From positions 23,960-87,959 of the forward strand of contig JADZAE010000075.1 in assembly GCA_020852715.1 (NCBI GenBank): 64,000 bases of DNA. The letters are read 5' to 3'. A program made the translations under genes and the position numbers. Origin of the DNA: Deltaproteobacteria bacterium. Lineage in GTDB: Bacteria; Bdellovibrionota_C; UBA2361; SZUA-149; JADZAE01. Numbering within the stretch: the stretch's first letter is position 1; every line of letters starts with the position of its first letter. This document shows, in pieces, positions 39,210 to 49,675 of the stretch. The notes beneath the pieces were generated by a model. The model had not been told where the DNA came from, ran no database searches, and saw nothing but the letters and a program-made list of their open reading frames with translations.

Positions 39210-41957
39210 CTAGCGACGCAGCATTTTTTCGATCGCTACTACCGGCAAAATAATCATTCCCATCAAGGCCGCCATCCCCCAATCCTTTAAATCAATGGGG
39301 GTGGTGGAAAATATCTTACTCATCCACGGTAGGTAAATCACAGCGGCTTGCGCGAGAAGCACCCCGAGAATACCGAGGTAGATTGTCCAGTTGCTAAGTA
39401 AACCTATTTCCAAAACGGAGTTTTTTAAGGAGCGACAGTTGAGCATGTAAAATATCTGGAACATGATGACTGTGGTTAGCGCCATAGTTTGAGCTTTGGA
39501 GAGGGCTATTTTGGAATCCATGCCTAGTTGCTGAGCGCTGGAGTACTCCATCTTAAAAAGGACGATTGCGCCGATGGTCATTAAAATCGAAGCGATAATA
39601 GTGCGGGTGACAAGGAACTTATTAAAAATAGGAGCGTTGGGGCTACGTGGATGGCGAGTCATGATGTCCGGCTCCATGTGCTCAAAAGCTAAGGGCAAGG
39701 CAAGAGCCACTGTCATAATCAGGTTAATCCATAATAGCTGTGCGGGCTGCATGGGAAGCAGTAAGTCCTTGGTGGCAAAGTCAAAGGGGAAGAAAATCAC
39801 GGCATAAACCAAAATAAGAGCAAGACCAATGTTGGTGGGAAGAACAAAGGCGAGAGATTTGATTAAGTTATCATAAACGCGACGGCCTTCTTCGACGGCG
39901 GCGGTGATAGTGGCAAAGTTATCGTCGGTAAGCACGATGTCGGCAGCAGCTTTGGATACGGAGGTGCCGGTAATGCCCATGGCCACGCCGATGTTAGCTT
40001 GTTTAAGAGCGGGAGCGTCGTTGACGCCATCGCCTGTCATGGCGGCAATGTGGTTGTTTTTCTGAAGCGCAGAAACTAGCCTTAGTTTGTGCTCAGGCGC
40101 GACGCGGGCAAAAACATTGGTTTCGTCAACGATGTGGCGAAGCTGTTCGTTGTCAGCTTGTTCAATCTGCGCGCCGGTGACAACAGTATGATCTTTGATT
40201 AAGCCTAGCTGAATACCAATAGCTTGAGCGGTTAGGCGGTGGTCACCGGTTATCATCTTTACTGTCACACCGGCGGCTTGGCATTCTTTAATGGCCGCAA
40301 TCGCTTCTTGGCGTGGAGGATCTATCATGCCGACCAGCCCCAGAAATACGATTTCGTCCTTGATGTCAGGCATATCCAAAGACTTCTTGGTAGAAGCAAA
40401 GCGCTTCTCAGCAATGGCCAAAACGCGCATACCGATAGAAGCCATGGTTTCGATACCGGAGAGCACGCGCCTTTCATCTATGGCTTGGCCGTCAGCGAAG
40501 AAGCGGCAGCGCTTTAGAATAACTTCAGGAGCGCCTTTAACAAAAGCGACAGCTTCGCCATTTGGGTCTTGGACAAATGTTGCCATAAATTGGTTTTCGG
40601 ATTCAAAGGGGATAGCGTCAATCAGGCGATACGAGGAGCGCAGCTGCTCAGCGACCAATCCTAGTTTTCGTGCGGCTACGACAAGCGCAGCCTCTGTCGG
40701 ATCGCCTGTTATCGTCCAGCTTTGCCTGTCTTGAATCAAAGTTGAATCGTTACAAACAGTCGCTGCTGTAAGTAGGCGCTCTAGGTATGGAGGCTTTATT
40801 GTCAGCACTTGTTCGGCAGAGAGGATATCGCCTACCGGCTCATAGCCCACGCCCTTAAATTCATAAGACCCTGAAGGCGTCCAAACGGACTGAACTGTCA
40901 TCTCGTTTTTGGTAAGCGTGCCTGTTTTGTCTGAGCAAATAACAGTAGTGCTACCCAGGGTTTCTACGGCCGGGAGCTTACGCACAATGGCTTTTCTTTT
41001 AGCCATTCTCTGCACGCCCACGCCCAGAGCAATAGTCATAATAGCGGGAAGCCCTTCGGGGATAGCGGCGACAGCTAAGGCCACAGCGAAAATCATCATT
41101 TCGATTAGCGCCTTATCCAGCGGAAAGCCGTTTGCTGTTACGCGAAAGGTTCCGACGGCTACGATTAAAATGGTGATAACCAAGATAGCAAAAGTTATAT
41201 ATTTAGCGACGACCTTTAGCGACGAGGTAAGTGGCGTTTCTAAATTAACTGCTTCGTTAAGTAAGCGCGAGATTTTCCCTAGTTCTGTGCGCATGCCCGT
41301 GCCCGTAACCACAGCCATAGCGGTGCCGTAAGTTACCATGGTGCCGCTAAATACCATGCACAGCCTATCGCCTATGCCCGCATCTTCCCTCACCGCGTGA
41401 ATATTCTTCTGCGCCGGCACAGATTCTCCTGTCAGCGCCGCTTCTTCGACTTGCAAATTTTTATGTGACACAAGGCGCATATCGGCTGGAACCCTATCGC
41501 CGGAAGTAAGCATGACAATATCGCCGGGCACTAATTCGGCAGCGGGCAGGGTAATCTTGTGCCCGTCCCGAATAACCGTTGTGTTTTCAGGCACCATCTC
41601 GATAAGCGCTTCAATCGCTTTACCTGCTTTAAACTCTTGAATGAAGCCAATAATCGAATTGAGTATGACAACGGCCAACACAGTAGAGCCGTCAATCAGC
41701 TTTCCCAGGGCCATGGCTAAAGCCGCTGAACCCAGCAGCACCCAAATGAGCGGGCTATTGATTTGCCGCCAAAGTAAGACCAAGGGGCTGTCTCCTTTTG
41801 CGCGCGGAATTGAGTTTGGCCCATACTCGCCGCGGCGCTCAACAACTTCGGCCTCAGTAAGCCCGGAAAGACTAACCCTCAATTGCTTTAGAACTTCTTC
41901 CACGCCTAAAGCGAACCAGCATAAGCCTTCAGTTTTGGATTTCACATCATTGACCAC
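39210..41957 (-). CDS. P-type cation-transporting ATPase (type IIA, Ca2+/PacL-like)
   Basis: TGES, DKTGTLT and GDGVNDAPAL motifs are present, with about 10 TM helices. Confidence 0.85.
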   Translation of the reverse strand: MVNDVKSKTEGLCWFALGVEEVLKQLRVSLSGLTEAEVVERRGEYGPNSIPRAKGDSPLVLLWRQINSPLIWVLLGSAALAMALGKLIDGSTVLAVVILNSIIGFIQEFKAGKAIEALIEMVPENTTVIRDGHKITLPAAELVPGDIVMLTSGDRVPADMRLVSHKNLQVEEAALTGESVPAQKNIHAVREDAGIGDRLCMVFSGTMVTYGTAMAVVTGTGMRTELGKISRLLNEAVNLETPLTSSLKVVAKYITFAILVITILIVAVGTFRVTANGFPLDKALIEMMIFAVALAVAAIPEGLPAIMTIALGVGVQRMAKRKAIVRKLPAVETLGSTTVICSDKTGTLTKNEMTVQSVWTPSGSYEFKGVGYEPVGDILSAEQVLTIKPPYLERLLTAATVCNDSTLIQDRQSWTITGDPTEAALVVAARKLGLVAEQLRSSYRLIDAIPFESENQFMATFVQDPNGEAVAFVKGAPEVILKRCRFFADGQAIDERRVLSGIETMASIGMRVLAIAEKRFASTKKSLDMPDIKDEIVFLGLVGMIDPPRQEAIAAIKECQAAGVTVKMITGDHRLTAQAIGIQLGLIKDHTVVTGAQIEQADNEQLRHIVDETNVFARVAPEHKLRLVSALQKNNHIAAMTGDGVNDAPALKQANIGVAMGITGTSVSKAAADIVLTDDNFATITAAVEEGRRVYDNLIKSLAFVLPTNIGLALILVYAVIFFPFDFATKDLLLPMQPAQLLWINLIMTVALALPLAFEHMEPDIMTRHPRSPNAPIFNKFLVTRTIIASILMTIGAIVLFKMEYSSAQQLGMDSKIALSKAQTMALTTVIMFQIFYMLNCRSLKNSVLEIGLLSNWTIYLGILGVLLAQAAVIYLPWMSKIFSTTPIDLKDWGMAALMGMIILPVVAIEKMLRR

Positions 41958-42149
41958 AGAATCACCCTCAAATAAAAATTTTTGCTGACTATAGCAGAGG
42001 AGAAGCGTTTTAAGAAATAGCCTTATTTGAGATAAAGTAAACGAATTGGGCGCTGCGCCAACTGGAGCAGAAAAGCAAAACGCCCCGGCATAGATGATTT
42101 CTTACTATGCCGAGGCGTTTTACAGGGAAATTAAGTGAGCTCTTTTAGC

Positions 42150-44750
42150 CTAGTCCTCAAATCCCTTTGGCGCTATTTTGGATTTCTTAATTGCCCAAAC
42201 AACTAAGCCGATACAAACTACCACAACAGCAATCCAAACTCCGTCAATGCCCTTAGTCTGCATAGCAAGGACAGGTGCGAAGTCATTCTGCAACTCAGCT
42301 GGCAATGCGCGCACACCAGCTTTTACTGTATCCACGACCTTCTTGTCATAAGCAATCATCAAAGGCACACCCAGCACCGACACCATATTCATTACTTTTA
42401 ACAGTGGATTTACGGCTGGTCCTGCCGTATCCTTCAACGGATCGCCTACCGTGTCGCCGGTAACAGCCGCTTTATGCTTTTCGCTACCTTTACCTGTGTT
42501 CTTCTCTAAGTCGCGCGGTTCATCTTCGACCATCTTCTTGGCATTATCCCAAGAACCGCCGGAGTTACACATAAAAGAAGCCATGAGCTGACCGACAACA
42601 ATTGAGCCACCGAGGAAACCGGCTAAGCCAATAGGGCCTAGTAAGTAACCAACGCCAATCGGCATAAGCACGCCAAGCATAGCCGGTCCGACTAACTCTT
42701 TTTGTGCCGAGCCTGTGCAAATATCTACTACGCGGCCGTAATCCGGTTTCTTGGTGCCTGCCCAGATTTCTTTGTCGCGGAACTGCACACGGCATTCTTT
42801 CACAATTAAGAACGCAGCTCTACCAACAGCACGAATTAACATGGAGCTAAACATCATCGGAACAGCACCACCGATTAGCATACCGATTAGCAGCTTTGGA
42901 TCGGAAATGCTCAGTAAGCCCGCTACCCTTTCAAAAAGGTCAATAGGCAAAGGCTTATCTTCGCTGCCACCGCCAGAGCCGATAACTGTAATAAAAGAAG
43001 CAAACAAAGACACAGCAGCAATTACCGCTGAACCAATGGCCACACCTTTAGTAACAGCTTTAGTGGTATTACCTACAGCGTCAAGGTCAGCTAAGATTTG
43101 GCGCGACTCCTTATATTTAGCTTCGCCCATCTCTTCCTTTTCAAAGCCCATCTCAGCAATACCGTTTGCGTTATCGGCCACAGGACCAAAAACGTCCATG
43201 GATATGGTGTTACCGGTTAAGGTCAACATACCGATACCGCACATAGCCACGCCATAAGCAATGAAGATAGCGTTTGTGCCGGCATAAATACCAACGGAAG
43301 CAAAGATAGCTATACAAAGCGCAATCGCTGTCCAAACAGCCGACTCATAGCCAACAGAAAAGCCTTCGATAATCGCTGTGCCATGGCCGGTTTCGCATGA
43401 ACGTTGAACGCCTTTAGTCGGCGAATACTCTGTGCCTGTAAAATACTCAGTGATGCGATTAAGCGCTATGCAAAGTATAATACCGATAAAGCAAGTATAA
43501 GCAGGGCGCATGTCTAAGCCAACTTGACCAAAATTCGCCCAGTAACCAAGACTTGCAATACTGTCCCAAGCACCTTGGCTGAGCTGACCAAGAGCAACCA
43601 TGCCTTGATCAAAGCGCAGATAGAAAGCGCCTAAAATCATGAAGCCAACTACTGATATCAATGAACCTAGGATAAAGCCTTTGTTAATCTGCTTTAGAGC
43701 TTCGGCTACATTTCCCTTATCTCCGGCACGTACTGTGTATGTGCTGATAATAGAACCAAACACACCGATAGCACGAACAAGTAGTGGGAAAATTACGCCT
43801 TTGTGACCAAAAGAAGCATAGCCTAAAATCATGGCCGCAACGATAGTTACCTCATAAGACTCGAAAATATCAGCCGCCATACCAGCGCAATCGCCAACAT
43901 TATCACCAACGTTATCCGCAATCGTAGCAGCATTACGCGGGTCATCTTCGGGGATATCCTTTTCGATTTTACCAACTAAGTCAGCACCGACGTCAGCAGC
44001 CTTGGTGTAAATTCCACCACCCACGCGCATGAATAGCGCCAGCAAAGTGCCGCCAAAACCAAAGCCCAACAGAGCTTCGTAAGCGCGCTCACCGTAAACC
44101 ATAAAAATCAAAGTGCCACCTAGTAAGCCTAAGCCGTCGGTGAGCATACCGGTAATTGTTCCTGTGCGGTACCCGAGCATTAACGCGCGACCGAACCCAA
44201 CTCGCGCACCAGCGGCTACGCGTAAGTTACCTGCCGTAGCTAAACGCATCCCAACAAAACCAACCAAGCCGGAGAAAATAGCGCCCATTAAAAATGCCCC
44301 CGCACGCCCAAGTGCAAATGGGTCATTTATACCAAGCGGAGATGACATAGCCTTGGAAAAGAAAAGAATAAAAACAAGAGCTACGATAAGATAAGCAACT
44401 GTAGTCAGCTGCTTTCTTAGATAAGCATCAGCGCCCTCACGAACAGCAGCTGCAATATCTTGCATTTTCTTTGTGCCGGTGTCCGCTCTGTAAACTTGGC
44501 CAACCAGCATCCACGCATAAAGAAGCGCGCAGATGGCTACGACCACGCAAATAATCAACCCTGTCTTTTCATAGCCCAAGAAATGGGGGCTAGTAAAAAC
44601 TGAGAAATATTCAAAGTGATGCTCTGCGCCTGTGCTCGCACCGGCAATGCCGGACAGCATGCTTGTTCCAAACAATCCGCCAAACATCAACATTAATGTA
44701 AAGAGCGCCCAAGAAGGTAACCCTTTTCGTTGATTGCTATTATTATTCAT
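42150..44750 (-). CDS. hppA: Membrane-bound H+-translocating pyrophosphatase, K+-independent type
   Basis: It aligns to V-PPases over its full length. The GNTTKA motif carries the Lys that marks K+-independent enzymes. The likely start is MNNNS (GGAG 6 nt upstream). It has N- and C-terminal extensions with an extra predicted TM helix. Confidence 0.85.
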   Translation of the reverse strand: MNNNSNQRKGLPSWALFTLMLMFGGLFGTSMLSGIAGASTGAEHHFEYFSVFTSPHFLGYEKTGLIICVVVAICALLYAWMLVGQVYRADTGTKKMQDIAAAVREGADAYLRKQLTTVAYLIVALVFILFFSKAMSSPLGINDPFALGRAGAFLMGAIFSGLVGFVGMRLATAGNLRVAAGARVGFGRALMLGYRTGTITGMLTDGLGLLGGTLIFMVYGERAYEALLGFGFGGTLLALFMRVGGGIYTKAADVGADLVGKIEKDIPEDDPRNAATIADNVGDNVGDCAGMAADIFESYEVTIVAAMILGYASFGHKGVIFPLLVRAIGVFGSIISTYTVRAGDKGNVAEALKQINKGFILGSLISVVGFMILGAFYLRFDQGMVALGQLSQGAWDSIASLGYWANFGQVGLDMRPAYTCFIGIILCIALNRITEYFTGTEYSPTKGVQRSCETGHGTAIIEGFSVGYESAVWTAIALCIAIFASVGIYAGTNAIFIAYGVAMCGIGMLTLTGNTISMDVFGPVADNANGIAEMGFEKEEMGEAKYKESRQILADLDAVGNTTKAVTKGVAIGSAVIAAVSLFASFITVIGSGGGSEDKPLPIDLFERVAGLLSISDPKLLIGMLIGGAVPMMFSSMLIRAVGRAAFLIVKECRVQFRDKEIWAGTKKPDYGRVVDICTGSAQKELVGPAMLGVLMPIGVGYLLGPIGLAGFLGGSIVVGQLMASFMCNSGGSWDNAKKMVEDEPRDLEKNTGKGSEKHKAAVTGDTVGDPLKDTAGPAVNPLLKVMNMVSVLGVPLMIAYDKKVVDTVKAGVRALPAELQNDFAPVLAMQTKGIDGVWIAVVVVCIGLVVWAIKKSKIAPKGFED

Positions 44751-44948
44751 TTTCATCTCCAATCGTTTAGGAAAATACAAAGTAAAAATCCTTAAGGTTT
44801 GCCAGCTGCGCTTAGACAAAACTTGTAGGGGTAGCTTTGCACTTGAATAGACTAAACCGTCAATAGAATAATTAACTAAGGCGTGAGGATAGATTAGTTA
44901 AGCACAATTACTATAACTAAGATGAACCACAGAAGAAATAAACAAAAC

Positions 44949-45476
44949 CTAACATGAGGGTTCTACTACTTCAGCATGGTGAGCTTCATGCTTTTTATTT
45001 CTTAGCCTTACCGCAGACCAATACTGCAGCTTCCGTACAACAAACGCTACAAACTCAATGACCAAAAAAGCCATAAACCCGGCAAAAGCGATACCCGGAT
45101 GATTAAAACCGCAGCCCATACCGATAGCGCCAGCGAGCCAAATCAAAGCTGCCGTAGTAATCCCCTCAACATGATTGCCGGTTTTGAAAATCACACCGCC
45201 ACCCACAAAGCCGATACCAGTAACAATCTGCGCAGCGACTCTAGTCACGTCATGTGGATTGCTACCACCAGCCATACCTTCCATGGACAATATAGTATAG
45301 AGGCAGCTACCAGTGGCGATAATGGCAAAAGTCCTATAGGAAGCCACTTTTTTATGCCAACCGCGCTCAGCACCAATAATCAAACCAAAAACAACGGCAA
45401 GCATAATCTGCTTAACATAAGCCTGTATGAGAATAGGCTCACCAAATAAATAAATAGTCGAATCTATAAAACCCAT
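44949..45476 (-). CDS. mgtC: MgtC/SapB family membrane protein
   Basis: GLIIGAERGWHKKVASYRTF is the MgtC signature. Confidence 0.75.
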   Translation of the reverse strand: MGFIDSTIYLFGEPILIQAYVKQIMLAVVFGLIIGAERGWHKKVASYRTFAIIATGSCLYTILSMEGMAGGSNPHDVTRVAAQIVTGIGFVGGGVIFKTGNHVEGITTAALIWLAGAIGMGCGFNHPGIAFAGFMAFLVIEFVAFVVRKLQYWSAVRLRNKKHEAHHAEVVEPSC

Positions 45477-45484
45477 ATCCCCTC

Positions 45485-46423
45485 TTATCTTGAGGCTATT
45501 TGACGCGCATAATGAGCCGCCCCTACTAATCCGATATCGTCATGGCTAATCAATTTAACCGGCATCATCGCAAGAACGCTGTGATAAGCTGAGGATCGGC
45601 AGAAGGTTTCAATAAATAAAGGATTATTTACCAAAAGGGGATTTTTAGCCGCCAGTCCGCCAGAAATGTACAGTCCGCCGGTGGCTAAAACATCAAGTGC
45701 AAAATTTCTAGCCGCCACCGCATAGAGTTTCGTCGCGATATGAAAAGTTTCGGATTTTCCATCTAAATGAAGGGCAACTTCTGTGGGAGTGAGCTGTTTC
45801 CCTGTCACGAACTCGTGAATCAAAGAGAGCCCCGAACCCGACACCAAGTGCTCCATCACCACATAAGGGGCATTAAGTTTTTGCCTGACAAATTCCTGAA
45901 GCTCAAACTCTTCCTTCGTCTCAGAAACAAAATTGACATGGCCGCCTTCACAAGGGAAAGCCCGCCGGATACCATTAGTGTCACTTATGACAAATGCTTT
46001 ACCCAGTCCCGTGCCCGCACCAATCACCGCCGCAGTTCCCGACTCCGCAGCCCTGCCAGCTTGAATCTCAATCGTCTCTTGCGCATTTACGCTGCCATAA
46101 GCCTGAGCCACAAAATCATTAATTAGCTCAACGCGTGCAGAGCGAGGAAACTTTTCCAAATCAATCACACAATCAGCATTAGTTAGCTTACAATATTTCC
46201 CACCAATAATCGGCCCCGCCACAGCTAATGCTACAAAGTCATAATTAGGCCACGACAACTCCGCACAACTCTCTATCAGCTCCAGCAAATCCTCACTTGA
46301 CCTAATACCGGCTGTCGGCAGATTGACCAACTTACTCAAAACCGGAAACTCTTCGGTTCCAACCGTAAACTCCCCCAAACGCAGATTAGTCCCACCAATA
46401 TCACCAGCTAAAATTCTCATCAT
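45485..46423 (-). CDS. glk: Glucokinase
   Basis: The N-terminus ILAGDIGGTNLRLG fits the Glk family (PF02685). Confidence 0.8.
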   Translation of the reverse strand: MMRILAGDIGGTNLRLGEFTVGTEEFPVLSKLVNLPTAGIRSSEDLLELIESCAELSWPNYDFVALAVAGPIIGGKYCKLTNADCVIDLEKFPRSARVELINDFVAQAYGSVNAQETIEIQAGRAAESGTAAVIGAGTGLGKAFVISDTNGIRRAFPCEGGHVNFVSETKEEFELQEFVRQKLNAPYVVMEHLVSGSGLSLIHEFVTGKQLTPTEVALHLDGKSETFHIATKLYAVAARNFALDVLATGGLYISGGLAAKNPLLVNNPLFIETFCRSSAYHSVLAMMPVKLISHDDIGLVGAAHYARQIASR

Positions 46424-46689
46424 TTTCTCATCCAGTTATTACTCAGCAGCAAGCAACGGCATCTATTGATACATAAAACTTTCTTTCTCAGCTGGCAATC
46501 AGAAAGGCAGAACACCAAGGACAGGAAACAGGAAAGTAAATCAATAATCACAACAAGAATTGAAGCAAAATTGACATTATCTATCGCAAAATGGATTAAA
46601 ACTTATCCCCTTACATAAAGAGAAAACAAAAATCGCCCTCAAGCGCTCATTGAAAGATAATAAGTTTGGAGGTTATCCCTGAGAAGGTT

Positions 46690-47340
46690 GTAATAAAGAT
46701 ATCAGAACCAATAAAGATTGAACCATCTTCAGCTCCTCCGTCAGTAATGTCTCCGTCCCAATTAAAGTCAACGTTGTCACCACTATCAAGCTTCCCTATT
46801 AAGTTAATCCCCCATTAGGAGCAACAATTACAGACCTGCCCAAGTCATTGCCATATTGTGTCACTCTTTTGGCATATTCCCAATTTCCCGCTGAATCAAA
46901 AACGCTTACAAAAGCACCTGCTCCACTATTACTTTCCGCACCACCATCAGTATAATCACCATCGCCGTTCATATCAGCATTGCCAGTAATAGAACCCGTA
47001 ACAATAACAGAATTTGCAGAATTCACGGCTACCCCATATCCAATATCTGCACCTGTCCCTCCTAAGCGTTTAGCCCATTGCCTTGAGCCCGCGGAACTAA
47101 ATACCGAAATGAAGGCATCAGTGTCGGCATATCCCGTAGAACTCTCAGCCCCCACCAGCTGCGCTAGCATCACCGTTCATATCTGCCGCACCACTTACCT
47201 TACCAGCAACCATTATATTTCCAGCGACATCTACTGAAACAGCATTGGCATAATCGGCACTTGTGCTACCTAAACGCCTTGCCCAGCGCCAAACAGCGCC
47301 GGAATCAAACACTGTCACAAAAGCAATGAGCATATTGCGC
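46690..47340 (-). pseudogene. Fragments of a beta-propeller (SBBP-repeat) protein gene, multiply disrupted
   Basis: WAKRLGGTGADIGYGVAVNSANSVIVTG and WRWARRLGSTSADYANAVSVDVAGNIMVAG are SBBP repeats. They are split over several frames. Confidence 0.45.
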
Positions 47341-48802
47341 TTATGCCTGATGGTAGTGGCAATGTCGGTATCGGCACAACAGACCCGCTACAACAGCTAG
47401 CGCTAAGCAAATCAATTAGGCTAGAAGAAACTACAGCGTCTGATATTGGGGTTGTGTATAAGGGGAGCAATCGTTTCATTCATGACTTCCGAGCTTAGGA
47501 AACTGATGGCCAAAATATATTTGTTGGTCTTAACACTGGTAATTTCACATTGACCGGAACGATGAACCAGAGTGACAGTAGTTACAACACCGCGCTCGGT
47601 TATAGTGCTCTTACCGCTCTAGAAACAGGAAGCTATAATACCGCAATTGGGCATACTGCATTAACAGCTAATACTACTGGAACTGATAACACAGCTATCG
47701 GTGCAATGGCTCTTGGTATAAATACGGAAGGAGCAGCGAATGTGGCTATTGGATCGGGGGCTTTATCCTTAGTAACAACAGGGTCAGATAATGAGGCCAT
47801 CGGTACTGGCACGGGAGCAAACTTAGTAAGTGGCTCTAACAACACTTTTATCGACAAGCAAGCGGGGGTAGAGATTAACGGTTCGGGAAACGTTTTTATT
47901 GGTTACAGCGCCGGATTTTACGAGACAGGAAGCAATAAACTGTTCATCGACGCACCCTTACGACTAGGCCGCTAATCTATGGCGACTTTAGCACCGATAG
48001 GTTAATTATTAATAACACCATACAGCTCGGTAGCAATAGTGCTGACGGAAGTTTTACAATATTCTCAGAGCAAGGAGGAACCGATTATACTGTTGCCTTT
48101 TCTCCTCATGCTACAATGACGCAAAACGTAACTTATACATTGCCGGCGAATGATGGCGATGCGGGACAAGTATTACAGACAGATGGTAGTGGATCTCTGA
48201 GCTGGGCAACAGCAGCCTCGACGGCGCATGATCATAATGCTAACTATATTGCCTCGCTTGCTCATAATCACGATACGAACTATGCAGCCGCAGCACACGC
48301 TCACTCCGATTATTTAACGTCATTGGCACATAATCATGATGCTGAATATATCACGTCTTTAGCTCACGATCACGATAGCGATTATGTCGCCGCAGCGCAT
48401 GCTCACTCTGATTACTTGAGCTCGCTGGCACATAATCACAGTGGGGATAACTCACTTCCTTAGCACATAACCACGCCGCTGATTATTTGGCTAAAGGCGG
48501 GGACACAATGACAAGAAGCTTGACCTTCTCCGGTGTGGGAGGTTCCTTATGCGATTACTATCCGTAACATAAAAGTCCTTACTGTCGGCGGCTTTGACGA
48601 AACAGATAGTAATGGTGGAACTGTTGTCGCCGTGGATAGCGACATTACTGCTACTGCCGGCACTAGAGCTTCGGACGACGGATCGCTTACTAACCCGACA
48701 ATCGCCGCCAACAATAATGTCTATTGGCATACAACTTCGATCTTCGGCTCACCAACCACTATTATTGTAACTTTCTACGACACAGTTGATTCCGTGAACT
48801 AA
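47340..48802 (+). pseudogene. Phage tail-fibre-like gene remnant (NTAIG repeats, YTLPANDGDAGQVLQTDGSGSLSW motif, His-rich SLAHNHDxxY repeats), frameshifted at least twice
   Basis: ORFs 47550-47975, 48116-48463 and 48533-48802 are contiguous in shifted frames. The motifs are characteristic of tail-fibre / short-fibre proteins. Confidence 0.5.
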
Positions 48803-48839
48803 TCAGCTAGTCCGTAATCTAATCATACGTTTTTATGGT

Positions 48840-49200
48840 TAGGGCACGTGCAACGCTTAAGTCTTATGGCCAATTCTCCGATGCGTGTATTTATTGCTGT
48901 TAAAGAGATCTCACGAACTTGTAAATAACCGTTGCGTTTTTGTGGAGCGCGACCCATCTGGGAGCGGCAGCGGACAGTAGGTCGCCTACGTGTCGGTTTC
49001 CCAATGGCCTTAAGGTGTGAGGCGGCTAGGGCCGAGAAATGCTTTTTTTACGCGATCCTCAGGCAACCCAGTCGCTCCGCAACATGGTTCGCGTTCCACA
49101 GGTACCACGACTCTTGTTGCATTAGCCCACTTTATCCCAAAATAAAAATCCGATATTCTTAATGGGCAACTTGTGTATAAGACTCCCGTGCAACGTATTC
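48840..49200. repeat. Rep-C GC-rich MITE-like element, copy B
   Basis: It shares with copy A the conserved left end (TGGAGCGCGACCCA...GAGCGGCAGCGGACAGTAGGTCGCCTACG) and right end (CATGGTTCGCGTTCCACAG), plus the flanking TCACGAACTT block. Confidence 0.6.
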
Positions 49201-49360
49201 CTACAACATAGCATCGTAATTTAGAAGTTTTGTAATTTGTGTATAATACTTTGCTCGTCTATACTCCTTTTGCTCACAAACAAATACCTCAAGGCTAGAT
49301 GTAGGCAAGCAAAGATAAATTTGCTATTGTCAGCAGAGATAGAAATTTAATTAAAAAGAC

Positions 49361-49675
49361 ATGACAAACCCTTTTTCCGAACATAAAGAAGATACTTTAG
49401 TTGAAGATGAAATCGAAACTAAAGAGCCGAGTATGTATAAAGTCATTTTATTAAATGATAATTATACGACTATGGATTTTGTGGTCTTGGTTTTAGAACA
49501 GATTTTTAAGAAAATGCCTGCAGAAGCACAGCAAATAATGCTTAATGTTCATGAGCAAGGTGCAGGACTGGCGGGAATTTACACAAAAGATGTAGCGGAA
49601 ACAAAGGTTGCTTTAGTTCATAAATTCGCCCGGGACAGAGAGTTTCCGCTTAAATGCACAATGGAGGCAGTTTAG
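49361..49675 (+). CDS. clpS: ATP-dependent Clp protease adaptor ClpS
   Basis: YKVILLNDNYTTMDFVVLVLEQIF is the ClpS core. It sits immediately upstream of clpA. Confidence 0.85.
   Translation: MTNPFSEHKEDTLVEDEIETKEPSMYKVILLNDNYTTMDFVVLVLEQIFKKMPAEAQQIMLNVHEQGAGLAGIYTKDVAETKVALVHKFARDREFPLKCTMEAV

Noticed and set aside
39574-44394. Plus-strand ORFs inside the P-type ATPase and hppA genes (e.g. 40291-40734, 42751-43257, 44113-44394)
   Set aside because: They are antisense to long, well-conserved genes and have low-complexity Ala/Pro/Ser-rich translations typical of antisense frames.
46690-48802. Prophage or tailocin call for the tail-fibre region
   Set aside because: There are no integrase, terminase, capsid or tail-tube/sheath genes within reach. 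Only an isolated, frameshifted fibre-like gene remains.
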